From the NCBI RefSeq assembly GCF_009914755.1, contig NC_060933.1: 64,000 nucleotides of DNA; one strand, 5' to 3'. Below the pieces are notes generated by a model. That model was not told the origin of the DNA. It worked only from the letters and a program-made list of their open reading frames with translations, and ran no database searches. Positions 14,276 through 28,359 of the stretch are shown piece after piece (the stretch's first letter is position 1; each line of letters opens with the position of its first letter). The position numbers and the translations under genes were made by a program. The DNA comes from the human T2T-CHM13v2.0 reference genome, Homo sapiens.

Positions 14276-15251
14276 TTTAGAAAGGCAAAATATAAGGTAT
14301 AGTACATAGAAACCACTGACCATTGGTAATTCTGAAACACTACAGGTCAGACAGTTTGAATGAACCATATACTAAAGGTTGGAAAAGTTATTTGATTAAA
14401 CTCTGCCTTTTTTTTTTCTGGGAAGAACACATAGATTAATCACTTTGTATAATCCCAACCTCTCCCTTCTTGGGAGTGGGGATAGGGGAAACAGTTTTCA
14501 TCATCTATGATCTTAAGTTTCCTCATGCTCTTTCTCATTGTTAAGACAATACCACTTATTTTAGCTTATTGTTACAATAGTATTTCATTTTTTTCTAACA
14601 ACTTGGTATTAGTCAAGATGGGATATAATAACAAATGACTCTTGAAATCTTCATGGGTGCCATGGGAAGTTTCAAGAACACAACTTGAAAGTGAATTGCA
14701 TGACTTTGTTCTGTGTTTCATTGACCACTACTCATTCAGTGAGCCTGAAAGTAACTGTGTATATCACTGTTAGTATACTATGCATGCCAGATACCCAAGA
14801 CTCAAACTTTTCCTTTCCTTTAGATACCACCTACTTAGTCATCAATTTTGGTTCAACCTACTCCACTAAATAGCTTTGACTTCCATTCACTTACCACTTT
14901 AGATTAGTGCTATAGACTCCTATTTTACCTCCTTCATATCAATCCCCTTAAAACTCCCAATAGCTTCCATTGTTTCAACCAAAAGCTCAAATTCCTTTAA
15001 TATAAAGTGTTATATGAACTGGCACCCTATATACTTTATATCCTAATCTCTCATCTTTCATTTATTTCTTTAACTCCTGACTCATGTAACAAAAATGTAT
15101 TTATCTCAGCACGTATTTACTCCCTTGTTATGCTCTCCCAAATGTCCCTGTATTTTTCATTGAATAGCAATTGCCACATTTTATTTTATATGCTTGTGTT
15201 ACCATTTATATATATATTTACTACAGACTCTGCTTTTAGAAGGCATACACT

Positions 15252-15624
<373 letters not shown>

Positions 15625-18189
15625 TCAAAGGAATAATTTTAATTTCAATTAATTGATTATGGCCTTTATCATTTTAAGATTTTTATATGTCTACTTTTAT
15701 GAACTCTAGGCTAGTTTTTTCCACTTTTATTTCTACAATCATGGGGCCTATTTTATATTTTCTCTTGCACTTGATTATAGAAGAGATTGAAATGAGTTAG
15801 GAAACATGTACTTGAAACCAATAATGGGCACACTTTACAGGATTTCAAAATCTAAAAATATCATAACATAACTTCAGGGAAGAGTAAGAAGTATTGGCGT
15901 CATTTTTTTCCTTTTAGTAGATTAGTTGAAGAGGTAAATTGAACATGGACTATATGTCAGACTTTTTTTTCCAAATTATATTCTTAAATATATAGTAAAA
16001 CATATGCTAGAGACAGTTTTTTAATAACAAACAATATTTGAATTGAGATCCTGAAGAAAAATAAATTAACTGTGTAAAAATGTATTACTAAATATCTGCA
16101 TTTTCTAGAGATGTATCCTTAAGTATGTAGGTATAAAATTACACTCTGAGATATATTTTTAAAATAATTTGGCAAGAAGAGAACAGGGATACCTTAAGCA
16201 GAAACAACAAAATTATGATAATTGTTGAATATGTGTGATGGTTGTATGTTAATGTATTGATTATTTTGTGTGGGTATGAAAACATGATAATAAAATCAAA
16301 TTACAAAAAAATAAAAAATACCTCTTGCTTTTTTAGCAGCTTATTACATTGTTTATAACAGTGTCTACAGCGCTATGATTGGTCAGAGCCAGAGACTATA
16401 ACATTTAATAAAACGAGTCCTCTAGAAGCTCATGGGAGTTCATTTACGGCAGCAAAGACCTATATTAAATGGACTGAATATTTAAGGAGTAATTATGTTG
16501 AGTAATGTGTTTATTTATAGTTTTAATTATACATTATCTTTTTTGGTTATCTTTAAAATATATTAAGCTTATGCAAATAGGATATGCATCATAACCCAGG
16601 ATCTATTATCTGAATTGCTTATATACTTATAATAACATAACTTTAAAAGAAAGAATCAAACCATATTGCTAGCGTACAGGTTGGATCTTTCTAGACAATA
16701 GTTATTTACCTGAATGTTTATTTTTGTTTTGCATCTTCATCAGTTAAAACCAACAGTTACAATACAAATGAAAGTTAAAAAATAATAATATTATTAATGT
16801 GAAATTTCAATGTGCTTAGCAATAAATAATGGGAATAAGAATTATCCAGGATGTACTAAATGCTACAAGAATTATATAAGTCTAATGAACATGATGCTTT
16901 TGAACTTAAGTAAATTCTATGTGCTTAACTATTTTTATTGTTTATAGATTTAGGACTTCTGAATGCATTCTTTTTTGCTGTTATGGGATATTATGAATTC
17001 ACCTTAGTAGACTTTTGCTTACAGGACATAAAATTAATTTATTCTATGAATTTTTTCTTCTTTTCCTAAAAATGTGTAAGTTCTGTGATTTCTTGGACTA
17101 AAAGATATCTATTTACATAGTGAAAGGCCAGGCCTTGTAAAGATCGTGACAGTATTCAATCCTATTCTCGTTTTTTTGTTTCAATGTGTTGCTAGTTATC
17201 TTATCTCAGTGTATTGTATTTATATAACTGCATATTTGATTAAGATACCTAACCTATGAGACACATTAACATAATGAACACATGTAAGCACACAACCCAA
17301 TTTAATATCAATAATTAAATTGAACAGTATCAATAATTTTGCAGTTATCTTTCACTCTTTTTCAGTCACACAGAGACAACTATACTCTTAATTTTGTGTT
17401 TAGAGTCCTCTATTTTCTTAATAGACAGATTGCACATGGTTAAAGGTCTATGTTTACATCAAGAGAGCCTGTGTCTGGATCTTGTTCACCCCGCTTATGT
17501 CTCTTTTGAAGTTATGCTTAAGCTTTATCCCTTGTTCCTTTATGGAAATTTGAGTATTTTAGGAAAAGTAAAAAAAAAAAAAAAAAAGAAACTTTAAAGT
17601 AGAATGATAAAATCTAGTGTTTTTAGATACAGAAGTGAGAAGCTGAATACGGGTAAAGCATGATGGACTATGGGAAGAACGGAATTTCTTGTGTGTGACT
17701 GCTCATTCAATAAGCTATATTTTTTAAAGACCTGAACAGGTTATAGCTATTGGTTATCTACAAGTGGAATTCTCAAACACGAAAATGAAAGCCTGACAAA
17801 TAAGATGCTAATGAAATTTTCATTTAAAAAATAGAACAAGCGAAAGAGAGAAATAAAAGCACTAGCCCAGTAAGAACATCCTCTATTTGCCTTACTCATA
17901 AGCCATTTCAGGGCCATATCTGCAAAACTAGGAAGAAACTGCTAAGTGCTAAAACATTTTAACCAATCACTTTAAGAAAGGCAGAGGAAGCAAATCACTC
18001 TAGTAGATAAAACAGGAGAGACTGAAGTTGCTATAGTTGTAATCTTTTTAAAAATAATCTATTTGTTTTGAAGAAAACCCCAATAGGAAGGTGTTTTCAT
18101 TTTTAAAGGTATCTCTCTTCAGATACTATTTAATACTCAATGTGCTAATAATGTCAAAAATTGTTAAATGCGTATATATCTGTATTTCA

Positions 18190-18640
18190 AATAGGATAGT
18201 TTATCAAGTCAGGTTTTCCAAGAAGCTGATACTATGCAATTATAAGTCACTCAAAAGGTTATGAGAGGAACGTTAGTTAAAGATTAAGAAGAAAAAGCAG
18301 ATCTAAGTGCAGGGAGTCTTCAGTGATGCAAGCCTGGCTTCTGTCAAAGGAGGGGGAGAAGGAAGAAGGATGAGAATGAAAGAGTCACAGCCTGAAACAC
18401 AGTTTAGGAAATTTTGGCCCGGACAATAGGAGTCTCCAGTCCAAAGTCTTCTGTTGGAAGGTTATCACAAATCTTAAAAATGGCCTTCATCAATACTCCG
18501 AGCATGCTCAGTCATTGGCCAGGAACAGCCAGAGAAAATATGGCCTGAGTGCAAAGATAGTCATACAACCAGAAAAACAGTAGCTGGGGCTGCCTGTCAT
18601 CCATGCTCACTGAAGCAAGAGTTGTGAGTGGTGACCACAT
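18190..18640 (-). mobile_element. LTR16-like ERVL LTR
   Basis: gatgcaagcctggcttctgtcaaaggagggggagaagg; gctcagtcattggccaggaacagcc. Confidence 0.55.
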
Positions 18641-19313
18641 ATATCAAATATTTCTATGAAAAAAACAAAACAAAACAAAACAAAACCCAATCAAGTGAAA
18701 CTCCAAAATGATAACCTTTAATGCTTATTAGGTGGCACAAGTGTTAGGTTGGGTATTTTACTAAATATTTAATCATTATATATGCACATATTTATGGGCA
18801 TGTGAGCTTAATTTCTGTTTTTAAATTCAGAATGCTTCAATAATAACATTGCATTTTATATAATCCTGATTTTCTTTTTTAAAATCAGCTCAAAAGGAGA
18901 AGTTAAATATTCAGCTTTAATTTCACCAGTAGATTTTTAATGTTTTGTAATCATAATGTTTAATTTGTGCTGTTCTTAGAATATTATATATTATATATTA
19001 TTTTTATACTTCTAGTTAAATTAATAGTGGAACATTATATATCTGTTAAATGTTTTAAATTACATGGAATTAAAATATCAAAGTTAATTATGTTATTATA
19101 ATTTTTAAATTTCAGAAACCTTCTTTAAAATTCTTACTGTTTTATCTTAAAAAATTCATATAGAAATTGTGGTCAGATGTAAACTGTGACTCTGAGCACA
19201 AATCCCAATGCTATTGCCAATTAAATTCCAATTTTTGTGTTCACACATGAAATGTAGTTTTTCTTTTATTGAGTTTTAAAAATCTGTAAGATTTACCTAT
19301 CTGAATATACACT

Positions 19314-19490
19314 CAGGTCTAGCTTCATGTTCCTGTGACCTCTGTGGTCACACAAGGACCCATGTACATAATGACCTCATACTTGGCCTAATGCTCTGCT
19401 GTTGCCATCTTGAAACGCTTAACACTTTGAACGAGGTACAACATCCACTTCATTTTGCACTGGGCCCTGCAAATCACGTAGACAGTCATA
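19314..19490 (+). mobile_element. MER91A-like hAT element, near full length
   Basis: caggtctagcttcatg...ttcattttgcactgggccctgcaaatcacgtag. Confidence 0.65.
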
Positions 19491-19583
19491 TATGAGTCCA
19501 GTATTTTCCTACCACCAGACATTTTGATGTACTGAAGAGATAAAAAAAAACCTAATAATTAGAAGTTTTAAAAGAATTTTTTT

Positions 19584-20410
19584 TTTTTTTGGAAGACTAG
19601 AGTTTTATTACTGAAATCAGTCTCCCCCAAAATTTAGAGACTGCATTTTTTTATTTTTTTTAATTTTTTTATTGATAATTCTTGGGTGTTTCTCACAGAG
19701 GGGGATTTGGCAGGGTCATGGGACAATAGTGGAGGGAAGGTCAGCAGATAAACAAGCACCTCTGCCCGGCCGCCCCTACTGGGAAGTGAGGAGCCCCTCT
19801 GCCCGGCCAGCCGCCCCGTCCGGGAGGGAGGTGGGGGTGTCAGCCCCCCGCCCGGCCAGCCGCCCCGTCCGGGAGGGAGGTGGGGGGGGTCAGCACCCCC
19901 GCCCAGCCAGCCGCCCCGTCCGGGAGGTGAGGGGCGCCTCTGCCCGGCCGCCCCTACTGGGAAGTGAGGAGCCCCTCTGCCCGGCCACCACCCGGTCTGG
20001 GAGGTGTGCCCAACAGCTCATTGAGAACGGGCCAGGATGACAATGGCGGCTTTGTGGAATAGAAAGGCGAGAAATGTGGGGAAAAGATTGAGAAATCGGA
20101 TGGTTGCCGTGTCTGTGTAGAAAGAAGTAGACATGGGAGACTTTTCATTTTGTTCTGCACTAAGAAAAATTCCTCTGCCTTGGGATCCTGTTGATCTGTG
20201 ACCTTACCCCCAACCCTGTGCTCTCTGAAACATGTGCTGTGTCCACTCAGGGTTAAATGGATTAAGGGCAGTGCAAGATGTGCTTTGTTAAACAGATGCT
20301 TGAAGGCAGCATGCTCGTTAAGAGTCATCACCAATCCCTAATCTCAAGTAATCAGGGACACAAACACTGCGGAAGGCTGCAGGGTCCTCTGCCTAGGAAA
20401 ACCAGAGACC
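19584..20410 (-). mobile_element. SVA (SVA_F-like), 5'-truncated, 5'-inverted, with 3' transduction
   Basis: polyT to 19590; ~54-bp extra sequence; second T tract 19646-19670; SINE-R 3' end on - (19671-19756); VNTR plus SINE-R on + (19757-20410); TSD ttaaaagaat(t/a)ttttt at 19568 and 20411. Confidence 0.95.
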
Positions 20411-20455
20411 TTAAAAGAATATTTTTAAGAGTTGTTGTTTGTTTGTTTTTTAATC

Positions 20456-21055
20456 CTAGATGTCTCAAGCTTGCCTTCCATTAGATAATGCAGTAAGGAA
20501 CCCCCAGTTTACAACACAGGGCAGGCAGGAAGACAACCAACTCAATGGGATCTCTGTCCTGTGCAGTCATCACCAGCTGATCCTTCTTTTTCTCCGCTAA
20601 GGTGGTGACAGCGTTAACCCCCATTAAAAGGACAGGTGATCTCTCAGTGGGGATGTCTCCTTTGCTTTCTTCTCAGCCCAGGCCAACAGTCTCTGCTGCT
20701 TCTCTTGCTTTGTCTCTGGTCTGTACTTGCCAGCCAGCTTACCCCATTGAGCAGCTGTTTGGTGGTCCAAGGCCCTGGTGAACTGACTAATCACAGAAGG
20801 CACTTCTAGCTGCTTATAGAGGATGGCTCTCTGCTGCTGCAACCTAGTATAATGGGGCCATTTGACAAAGCAAGTGAGGTCCCTTTTGGGCTGGATGTTC
20901 TGTCCAATGCCAAAATGTCCTGTCCAGTGCCAAATTTCTCAAATGGAAGATTCACCACTTTCATGGTCTCCTGCTTTTTCAAGACCGCAAGGGTCAGCAC
21001 CACCTTCTTCCCTTTGGCCTTCTTTCTTTTTCGCACCTTGGGTAGCTGGAGAACA
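20456..21055 (-). pseudogene. RPL7A: RPL7A processed pseudogene, 3'-truncated, frameshifted, start codon ATG>GTG
   Basis: Peptides [66 protein letters not shown]; intronless. Confidence 0.95.
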
Positions 21056-23729
21056 GAATAATAAGATCTTGAGAGAAAAATAAGTTGAAGCCAGAGGTAA
21101 AACTGAATATTGGTAATATCTTTTTGTTTTAGGGTTGCTTTCCATTTTAGAAAGTAATTCAGAGTGTTATTTTTTAAAAATCATATATCAGAGTTCTCTA
21201 ATAAATTTCAAACTTAAAAGAACATTTAACTTCATAAGAGAAGAGAAATGTTTCATGAACATATTTTAAAGATAGGGAAACTAGAATACAATTTGGAGTA
21301 AAACTAATATTTTAAGTAACCTGGAGATAGGACTCATATCTTTTAATAGAACATGCATTCTAACAAGCCAGTGATTTTTCAAAGTTTTCTAAAACACTTT
21401 TCTCAAACCACATTTAACCTAGAAGTAGAAACAAATAAAAGACACAAAATTAGAGTTAATTTTATTGTAACTGGGTTGGCTCCAGAGATTATAGTTAGGA
21501 AGTGATTACATTAAGCTCTACATATGCAGCATTCTAGCAAATTTCAATGCAGTAGACAAAATCTATAAATAATGTGAAACACATATTAACATGTTAAGCA
21601 TAATATGCATTCATTGTCTTCAACAGAATAGTTCTCCATTAATTTTTTAAATGTAATACAATTTTACTTTAAAAACACTGAAAAATCAACATATTTCATT
21701 AAGAAAAAATTATAAATGTTGCAAAATGATGATGAAAATACGTATAGTAATAATTCCCAACTATAACAATTTTGTTTTATCTAATACTGGTCAGCTTTCC
21801 ATGTGTCCAAGCATTACAGGACTTTTCATTAAGCCTAATCCTCACAAGAACATTGCTTTGAGCGATGTTCCAGAGTGGTAGTCCTTTAAGGCATTAGAAC
21901 GATTTGTGAAATCCCTAAAAATACTAGGGGAAATATTCAAAAAATGACAATAGTGCCATTATTCCTCCTCCTCAAAGAGACTATCAGAACTAAAACTCTT
22001 TGCTTCATGTTCCTGTTTACTTCTGTCACTTTCAAGTCACAGAGGTATTATCAGACTGTCATCATTATATGACTCTGCTTTTCCAACAGAATCAATTACC
22101 TATCCCTTATCTCACAACTTGATAGTGATAGATATTGAATGCTTATGTTCTGATTAGCAAACTCTTTTTGCATTTTTAATAACAACTTGAACTCCTGATA
22201 TGTCTGGAAAATATAACCCCTTCAACAGCCCTTTCAATGGGTTGCTACTATTTTGCTCACCCCATCTTCACCTGCCTAATCATGAGGAGGCGGGGTATAT
22301 ACAATTTCAGTTAATTTGTAGTTATCAGTCTATTATAGTTCTTTCCTTCTGAAAACCAACAAGTAAATAAACCAGCAAGCATCACCAATAAACTTTGACA
22401 GTTTATGGTTCATAACGTACGTCTACACCAAACTTTCCATTCAAATGCTTTTTCAAACCTTTGTTTGGTTTCTTTCTCTATTAAGACAACTTTTGCTTTT
22501 GGCTTTCAAAGACATTCTCTCCATTATAAACTTTGTCGTTATTCTCTATTGTGCTTACCTCAAACTGGTAACTCTTTCAAATCTTACCTGTCAGTTTCTT
22601 GACCACCATGCATGTTAATAACATTTCTTCTCTATTTTAGACAGCAAATGTTTCTCAATATTAAAAAAAAAAAAAATCCTACTCTTTGGTCCTCTCTACC
22701 TCCCATTTCATCCAATATCGCTTGTTCAAGACCTGAACTCATACAGGTTTTTAACCTGTTGAAGACTGTCACTCTATGGACTCTACTCTCTTCTCTCTCC
22801 TCCATAGCCTTCTCATTGCCTATCTTCCCTACTTGTCCAGGAAATGATGACATGTTTCATCACTATAATTAATCCATTTCAAATGGCCTTTATGCCAAAT
22901 GATTTTATTATATACTCTTTCTGTGCCATGCCTTGTTTTCCAAATTTACCACAGTACAAATTTTACAATTAGTTTTCCATTACTGAATTAGTACCAATCT
23001 CTGTCTTAAAAAATAAATACAGTAAAAAATGATAATGAATTTATTTCTTCTTATAATACTATCACTGGTGCATGGTTAGAATAAATTAATCTTAGGATGA
23101 TATAAGCATTTCTCCAAATGGTCTTCAAATTCATTGATTTTTTTGTGATTTCAATTTCCATATTTATTGTTCCTGTTGCAATTTTTTCAGATTTTATATG
23201 TATTAACTCAGAACACATACCTCTTATCACACATATTTTTTCATGTAATTTATCTAAATCTTATAGAAAAGGGTACATTTGCATTTTCTCTTATTAGACT
23301 CCTGATTTCAAATAATATATTACTTATGAGTATTTTTCTGTGCTGTAGTTATTCATTCTCATAGATATGTAACATAATTCCTTTTGCAAAGGTAAAAATT
23401 GAGCTATCTCTTGTTGAGGATTTGTTGATCTCTGTCTAAAGTTTCAAAAATAAGAACTTTAAAAGCAAAATGTAAATTCCTTTCAAGTTTTAGTAAAATT
23501 ACTTCAAACTTAGTAGCTTAAACAATACAGATTTATTATGTTACAGTTCTGTAAGACAGAAATCTGACTTGATCACACCATGGTAAAACCAAGATACTGC
23601 CAGGGTTGGTTTTTTCTTGGGGGGGGGTCTGTGGGAAGAGTTTGTTTCCTTTGGTTTTCCACAGCCCAGAGGCTGCTTGCATTCCTTTGATCACTGTCCC
23701 TTCCTCCATTTTTAAAATGAGGAATGGAG

Positions 23730-23955
23730 TCAGGGTGACTATGGTTAGCAATATTGTATTGTATATTTCAAAATAGCTAGAAGAGAGGATTTTTGAATTC
23801 TCTCACCGTAAAGATATCAAAGATGTATGAAGTGAAGAATATGTTGAATATCCTGATTCAATATTTAAACTATACATACACGTGTTGAAACATCACACTG
23901 TATCCCATAAATATGTACAATAATTATGTGTCATAAAACAAGATTTAAATTGTTT
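23730..23955 (+). mobile_element. L1MA 3' end fragment
   Basis: tatatttcaaaatagctagaagagagga...catcacactgtatcccataaatatgtacaat. Confidence 0.85.
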
Positions 23956-24191
23956 TAAAGGGCCAGCAATGGCAGTTTGTGAGTTCCCATCTCATCACTC
24001 TAACTTCTTCTGCCTCCTTCCACTTGTAAATGTCCTTCTGATTATTTTGGTCCCATCAGGATAATCCAGAATAACTTTCCTATCTTAATATCAACTGACG
24101 AACAACCTTAGTTTAGTCTACAATTTCAATTTTCCTTTGCCATGCAACTAACATATTCACAAATTCTGGGGACTAGAATGTGGACACCCGT

Positions 24192-24544
24192 TGTATTAGT
24201 TTGTCCTCACACTGCTAATAAAGACACAGCTGAGACTGGGTAATTTATAAAAGAAAGAGGTTTAACTGACTTATAGTTCCACATGGCTGGTGAGCCCTCA
24301 AAATCATGGTGGAAAGCGAATGAGAAGCAATGTTGCATCCCACGTGGTGGCAGGCAAGAGAGCTTGTGCAGGAGAACTCCCGTTTATAAACCCAGCAGAT
24401 CTCGTGAAACTTATTTACTACCACAAGAACAGCATGGGATAAACCTTCCCCATGATTAAATTCTCTCTACCTGACCCCATTCTTCACATGGAATTATTAC
24501 AATTCAAGGTGAGATTTGGGTGGGGATACAGCCAAATCACATCA
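24192..24544 (-). mobile_element. THE1/MST solo LTR
   Basis: tgtattagtttgtcctcacactgctaataaagac...gagatttgggtggggatacagccaaatcacatca. Confidence 0.9.
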
Positions 24545-25864
24545 TTTGTGGAGAGCTGTGATTCTGCCTACCACAAGTAAGATGTACAAAGCATGGAAGG
24601 AGCTACAGCCAGAAACAATTATACCATTGGGAATTTCTAGCAGAATAAATAGCAGTTATTAACTGATAAGTTAATAGATTAAGTAAACCTAAATAATTGC
24701 CTTCATTAGCAGCGAGGCTTTTGATGGTCCATGTATCACAGATATTTAAACACAAATACATTTTTCTCATTTATTCCAATAACAAAGTGTTTTTTGGTTT
24801 GTTTTGTTTTGTTTTTGAAAGTTTGGTATGAGAGAGAAAGAGATGAGCTGATTTGACTACTCCAGGCTAGAGGATATGTAGCTGAGAGTCTATGGCTGAG
24901 TGGAGGAAAAAAAAAAATCACAAGCCCTGTCCAGGATAACAGAGAGAGAAAGCTGTTTCTGTTGAGATTTGATGGCCCCCATCACACCAAATTTGGGCTT
25001 CTAGCTAGCCTCAGTTCTTCAGATAACTGACCTTCCTTCTTTCCTCCCTCTTGTAATAGTCTTTGTGTATTAGAAGTACCTTGAAATGCTGGGTCAGAAA
25101 ATGTGGCACGAAAGAGAAAAGCTGGCTCACTCCACATCTTGACCTGATCATTTCCTGAACATGATTGAGGTAGATGACTCTTTGCTCCTCTTTGGCTGAC
25201 CTGCAGGAATAACATTGGGAATAAGCAAATCTCCTTTGGACTCCAGAGGGTGGTGGTCAGGAAGTGGGCCATTGAGAACCTAGGTGGAAATGCAGGCCAG
25301 ATTATTGGAGTAGTTTGCTTTATAATGTTAAAATATTTATACACATGTTATGTGGGCCTCTATTTCCACTCTTATCTTAGAGCCCACACATATTATGGAG
25401 GGTCTAGCAGTGTTTGTGGAGTTTTTGGTACTATACCTTTTTCAAGATAAAGTAAAAAACATTTATGGATAATTTAATTGTTCCCTATGTAGATTCCAGT
25501 GCCAAATTCCTCTCTTAGACACTGTTTCTAGTATAACATGTTAATATGTGACCCCTGTTTCACTTACAGATTTTTAGAGATCTATCCCAGGTTACTTAAT
25601 TCAACTCCAAGACATACTTTTCTTTTAAATGCAGGGAATAAAGGGTCAGTTACTTAGTTACTCCGGTTTTATTTAATCCTACTGTCATCTGACAATATGG
25701 TACTGATACTATTTCCTATTTCTAGATGGTTGCTAGAAATATACTGTAATATTTATTCTTGATATATGTTTGTTACTTTAACGGGAATACATAGGCTATA
25801 AATAGTCCCCTTGCCTCTCACAAGTTAGACAGTCCTGCCCAGAATGCCCTGCTGAAGAGTTGTA

Positions 25865-25980
25865 GCAGATCACCCTGTTCCTCCTTAACCTCTCTGTTCC
25901 TCATATGCTCACCTGTAAAATAGTGATCATAGTAACACCCAACTTGTGATGATGTAGAGAGGTTTAAAGAAGCAAATTAG
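25865..25980 (+). mobile_element. MIR fragment
   Basis: cttaacctctctgttcctcat...ctcacctgtaaaatagtgat. Confidence 0.6.
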
Positions 25981-25984
25981 GGGA

Positions 25985-26334
<350 letters not shown>

Positions 26335-27151
26335 TCATAAGTTGTCACCCTCTTGAAGCAATTGTTGGACACTATTTTAAAAATGTTTTACTTCTGAGTG
26401 AAATGTTGCATTTTATTTTACTGGAAGATTCTTATGTAGTTTAAGTACATTTTACGGTATTGTCAAAGAGCATGAGCAAAATATTTAGGAAAGATGAGAC
26501 CATATTTCTTTTATTTATGACATTGCCACAAAAAATCAGGTAGATGAATTTGTATTAAGTTTTTGTACCAATTTCATATCTAAAATTTCAAAGAATTTTA
26601 TTGCAACAAACTCTTTCTTACCATTAACTCAAAAAAATTCCGTTTTAAATTGACTTCATTCTATAAGTCTCTACACTACTAATTTGGCCAGAAGTTATTT
26701 TCAATCCTAATTGGGAACAACAAAGATCCACATGATATCCTTTCAATTTATGATGTTGAAGAAAGTTGAATTGTAATAATTTGAGTGTGCAGTCAAAGCA
26801 ATTTTCAATACTATGTATCACTGTAGAAACAAGGGAGAATGTCTTGGTTAACTATTTAAGTGGCTTGAGTATGGCAATTAAAATTTCATCTAAGCTCATT
26901 TTGATGAATCTTGAAGGTGACATTTATTTCTTATGCTCTGAACATCGTAAGTTCTGTTGATTTTTATGGGAAGTTTTCAAGGTCATTTTCAGAGATCTAT
27001 GACAAAATGACATTATTTGAGAAAAAAAAGAAGAAATAGCTCGAAGTTTAAAGCATTATGGTATTCCCTAAGCCCAAAATTTTCTCCCTTTACAAAAACA
27101 AATGAAAGGCAAAATAGACAAACAAAGAAACCATCAAAAATACCTTGAATC

Positions 27152-27795
27152 ACTGTTGGTGGGAATGAAAATTAGTTCGACCATTGTGGAAGACAGTGTG
27201 GAGATTCCTCATGGATCTAGAATCAGAAATCCCATGACCCAGTAGTCACATTACTTGGTATATACCCAAAGGAATATAAATCATTCTATTATGAAGACAC
27301 ATGCACACATATGTTTATTGCAGCAGCTATACTATTTATTATAGCAAAGACATGGAACCAACCCAAATGCCCATCAGTGATAGACTAGATAAAGAAAATG
27401 TGGTACATATACACCATGGAATACTATGCAGCCATCTAAAGAACTAGATCATATCCTTTGTAGGAACATGGAAACCACCATCCTCATCAAACTAACACAG
27501 GAACAGAAACCCAAACACCTCATGTTCTCACTCATAAGTGAGAGTTGATCAACGAGAACACATTGACACAGGGAGGGGAACAACACACAGTGGGGCCTGT
27601 TGGGGTGTGGGGGGAAAGGGGAGGGAGAGCATCAGGACTGATATCTAATGCATGCAGCTTAAAACCTAGATGATGGTTTGATAGGGGCAGCAAACCACCA
27701 TGGCACATGTATACCTATGTAACAAACCTGCAAATTCTGCATATGTATCCCAGAAATTAAAGTAAAATAAAATAAAATAATAAAAACAACAACAA
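27152..27795 (+). mobile_element. L1PA 3' end (5'-truncated)
   Basis: ORF2 end and 3'UTR, (TAAAA)n tail; TSD core taccttgaatc at 27141 and 27800. Confidence 0.92.
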
Positions 27796-28359
27796 AATGT
27801 ACCTTGAATCTCCAAAATAAGTTAAGACAAATAGTTAAAATTGAGCATGCTTTTATTAGAAGAAGAAAATGTCATTGACAATATAACAGATAATTTATAG
27901 ATGGGAACATACGTAAAAACGTATAAGTACTTAGATCTGCTAGATAAAGTGAGTCCCAAATGATAAGGTTACAAAAATAATGTTTTTTTTGTAGAATATG
28001 TGTTTTCAATGAGAAAGTGTTGCAAAAGTCAGTCATACAGATTGGTAACTTTTATGTTTATTTTTCAAAAGCAGCTCAAAATAGTTCTTTAGATTCTGTA
28101 ACACCACGGTGTCCTAATTTTGCTCCTAAAATTTTGTCACAAAATTTTAAATTCACTTGCAAATTGATCTTCATTTAATCTTCCTCTAGGTGTGTAAGCT
28201 AAATCAGAGATCTGCATGAACTGCTTATTACTCTTTCATGCTATACATTCTCCCTAGGTAATTTTGATCACTGCAATCTTTTCCATCATCATTTCTACTT
28301 GAAGACTAACTAATATAGGTAGAACAAATTTCAACTTCTAGACCTATATGCTTTCCAGA

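Larger units (their letters stand above)
23490..24575 (-). mobile_element. MLT1 LTR hosting nested L1MA and THE1/MST insertions
   Basis: aacttagtagcttaaacaa...atttattatgttacagttctg; ataatccagaataactttcctatcttaa; ends attctgcctaccaca. Confidence 0.75.

Noticed and set aside
19672-20484. 122-aa and 126-aa ORFs; GC/CpG-rich island
   Set aside because: SVA VNTR/SINE-R sequence, not a gene or native promoter
24192-24544. Third THE1-like LTR as partner for either terminal THE1 piece
   Set aside because: No adjacent internal sequence, different LTR sequence, and flanks are not ATCAC
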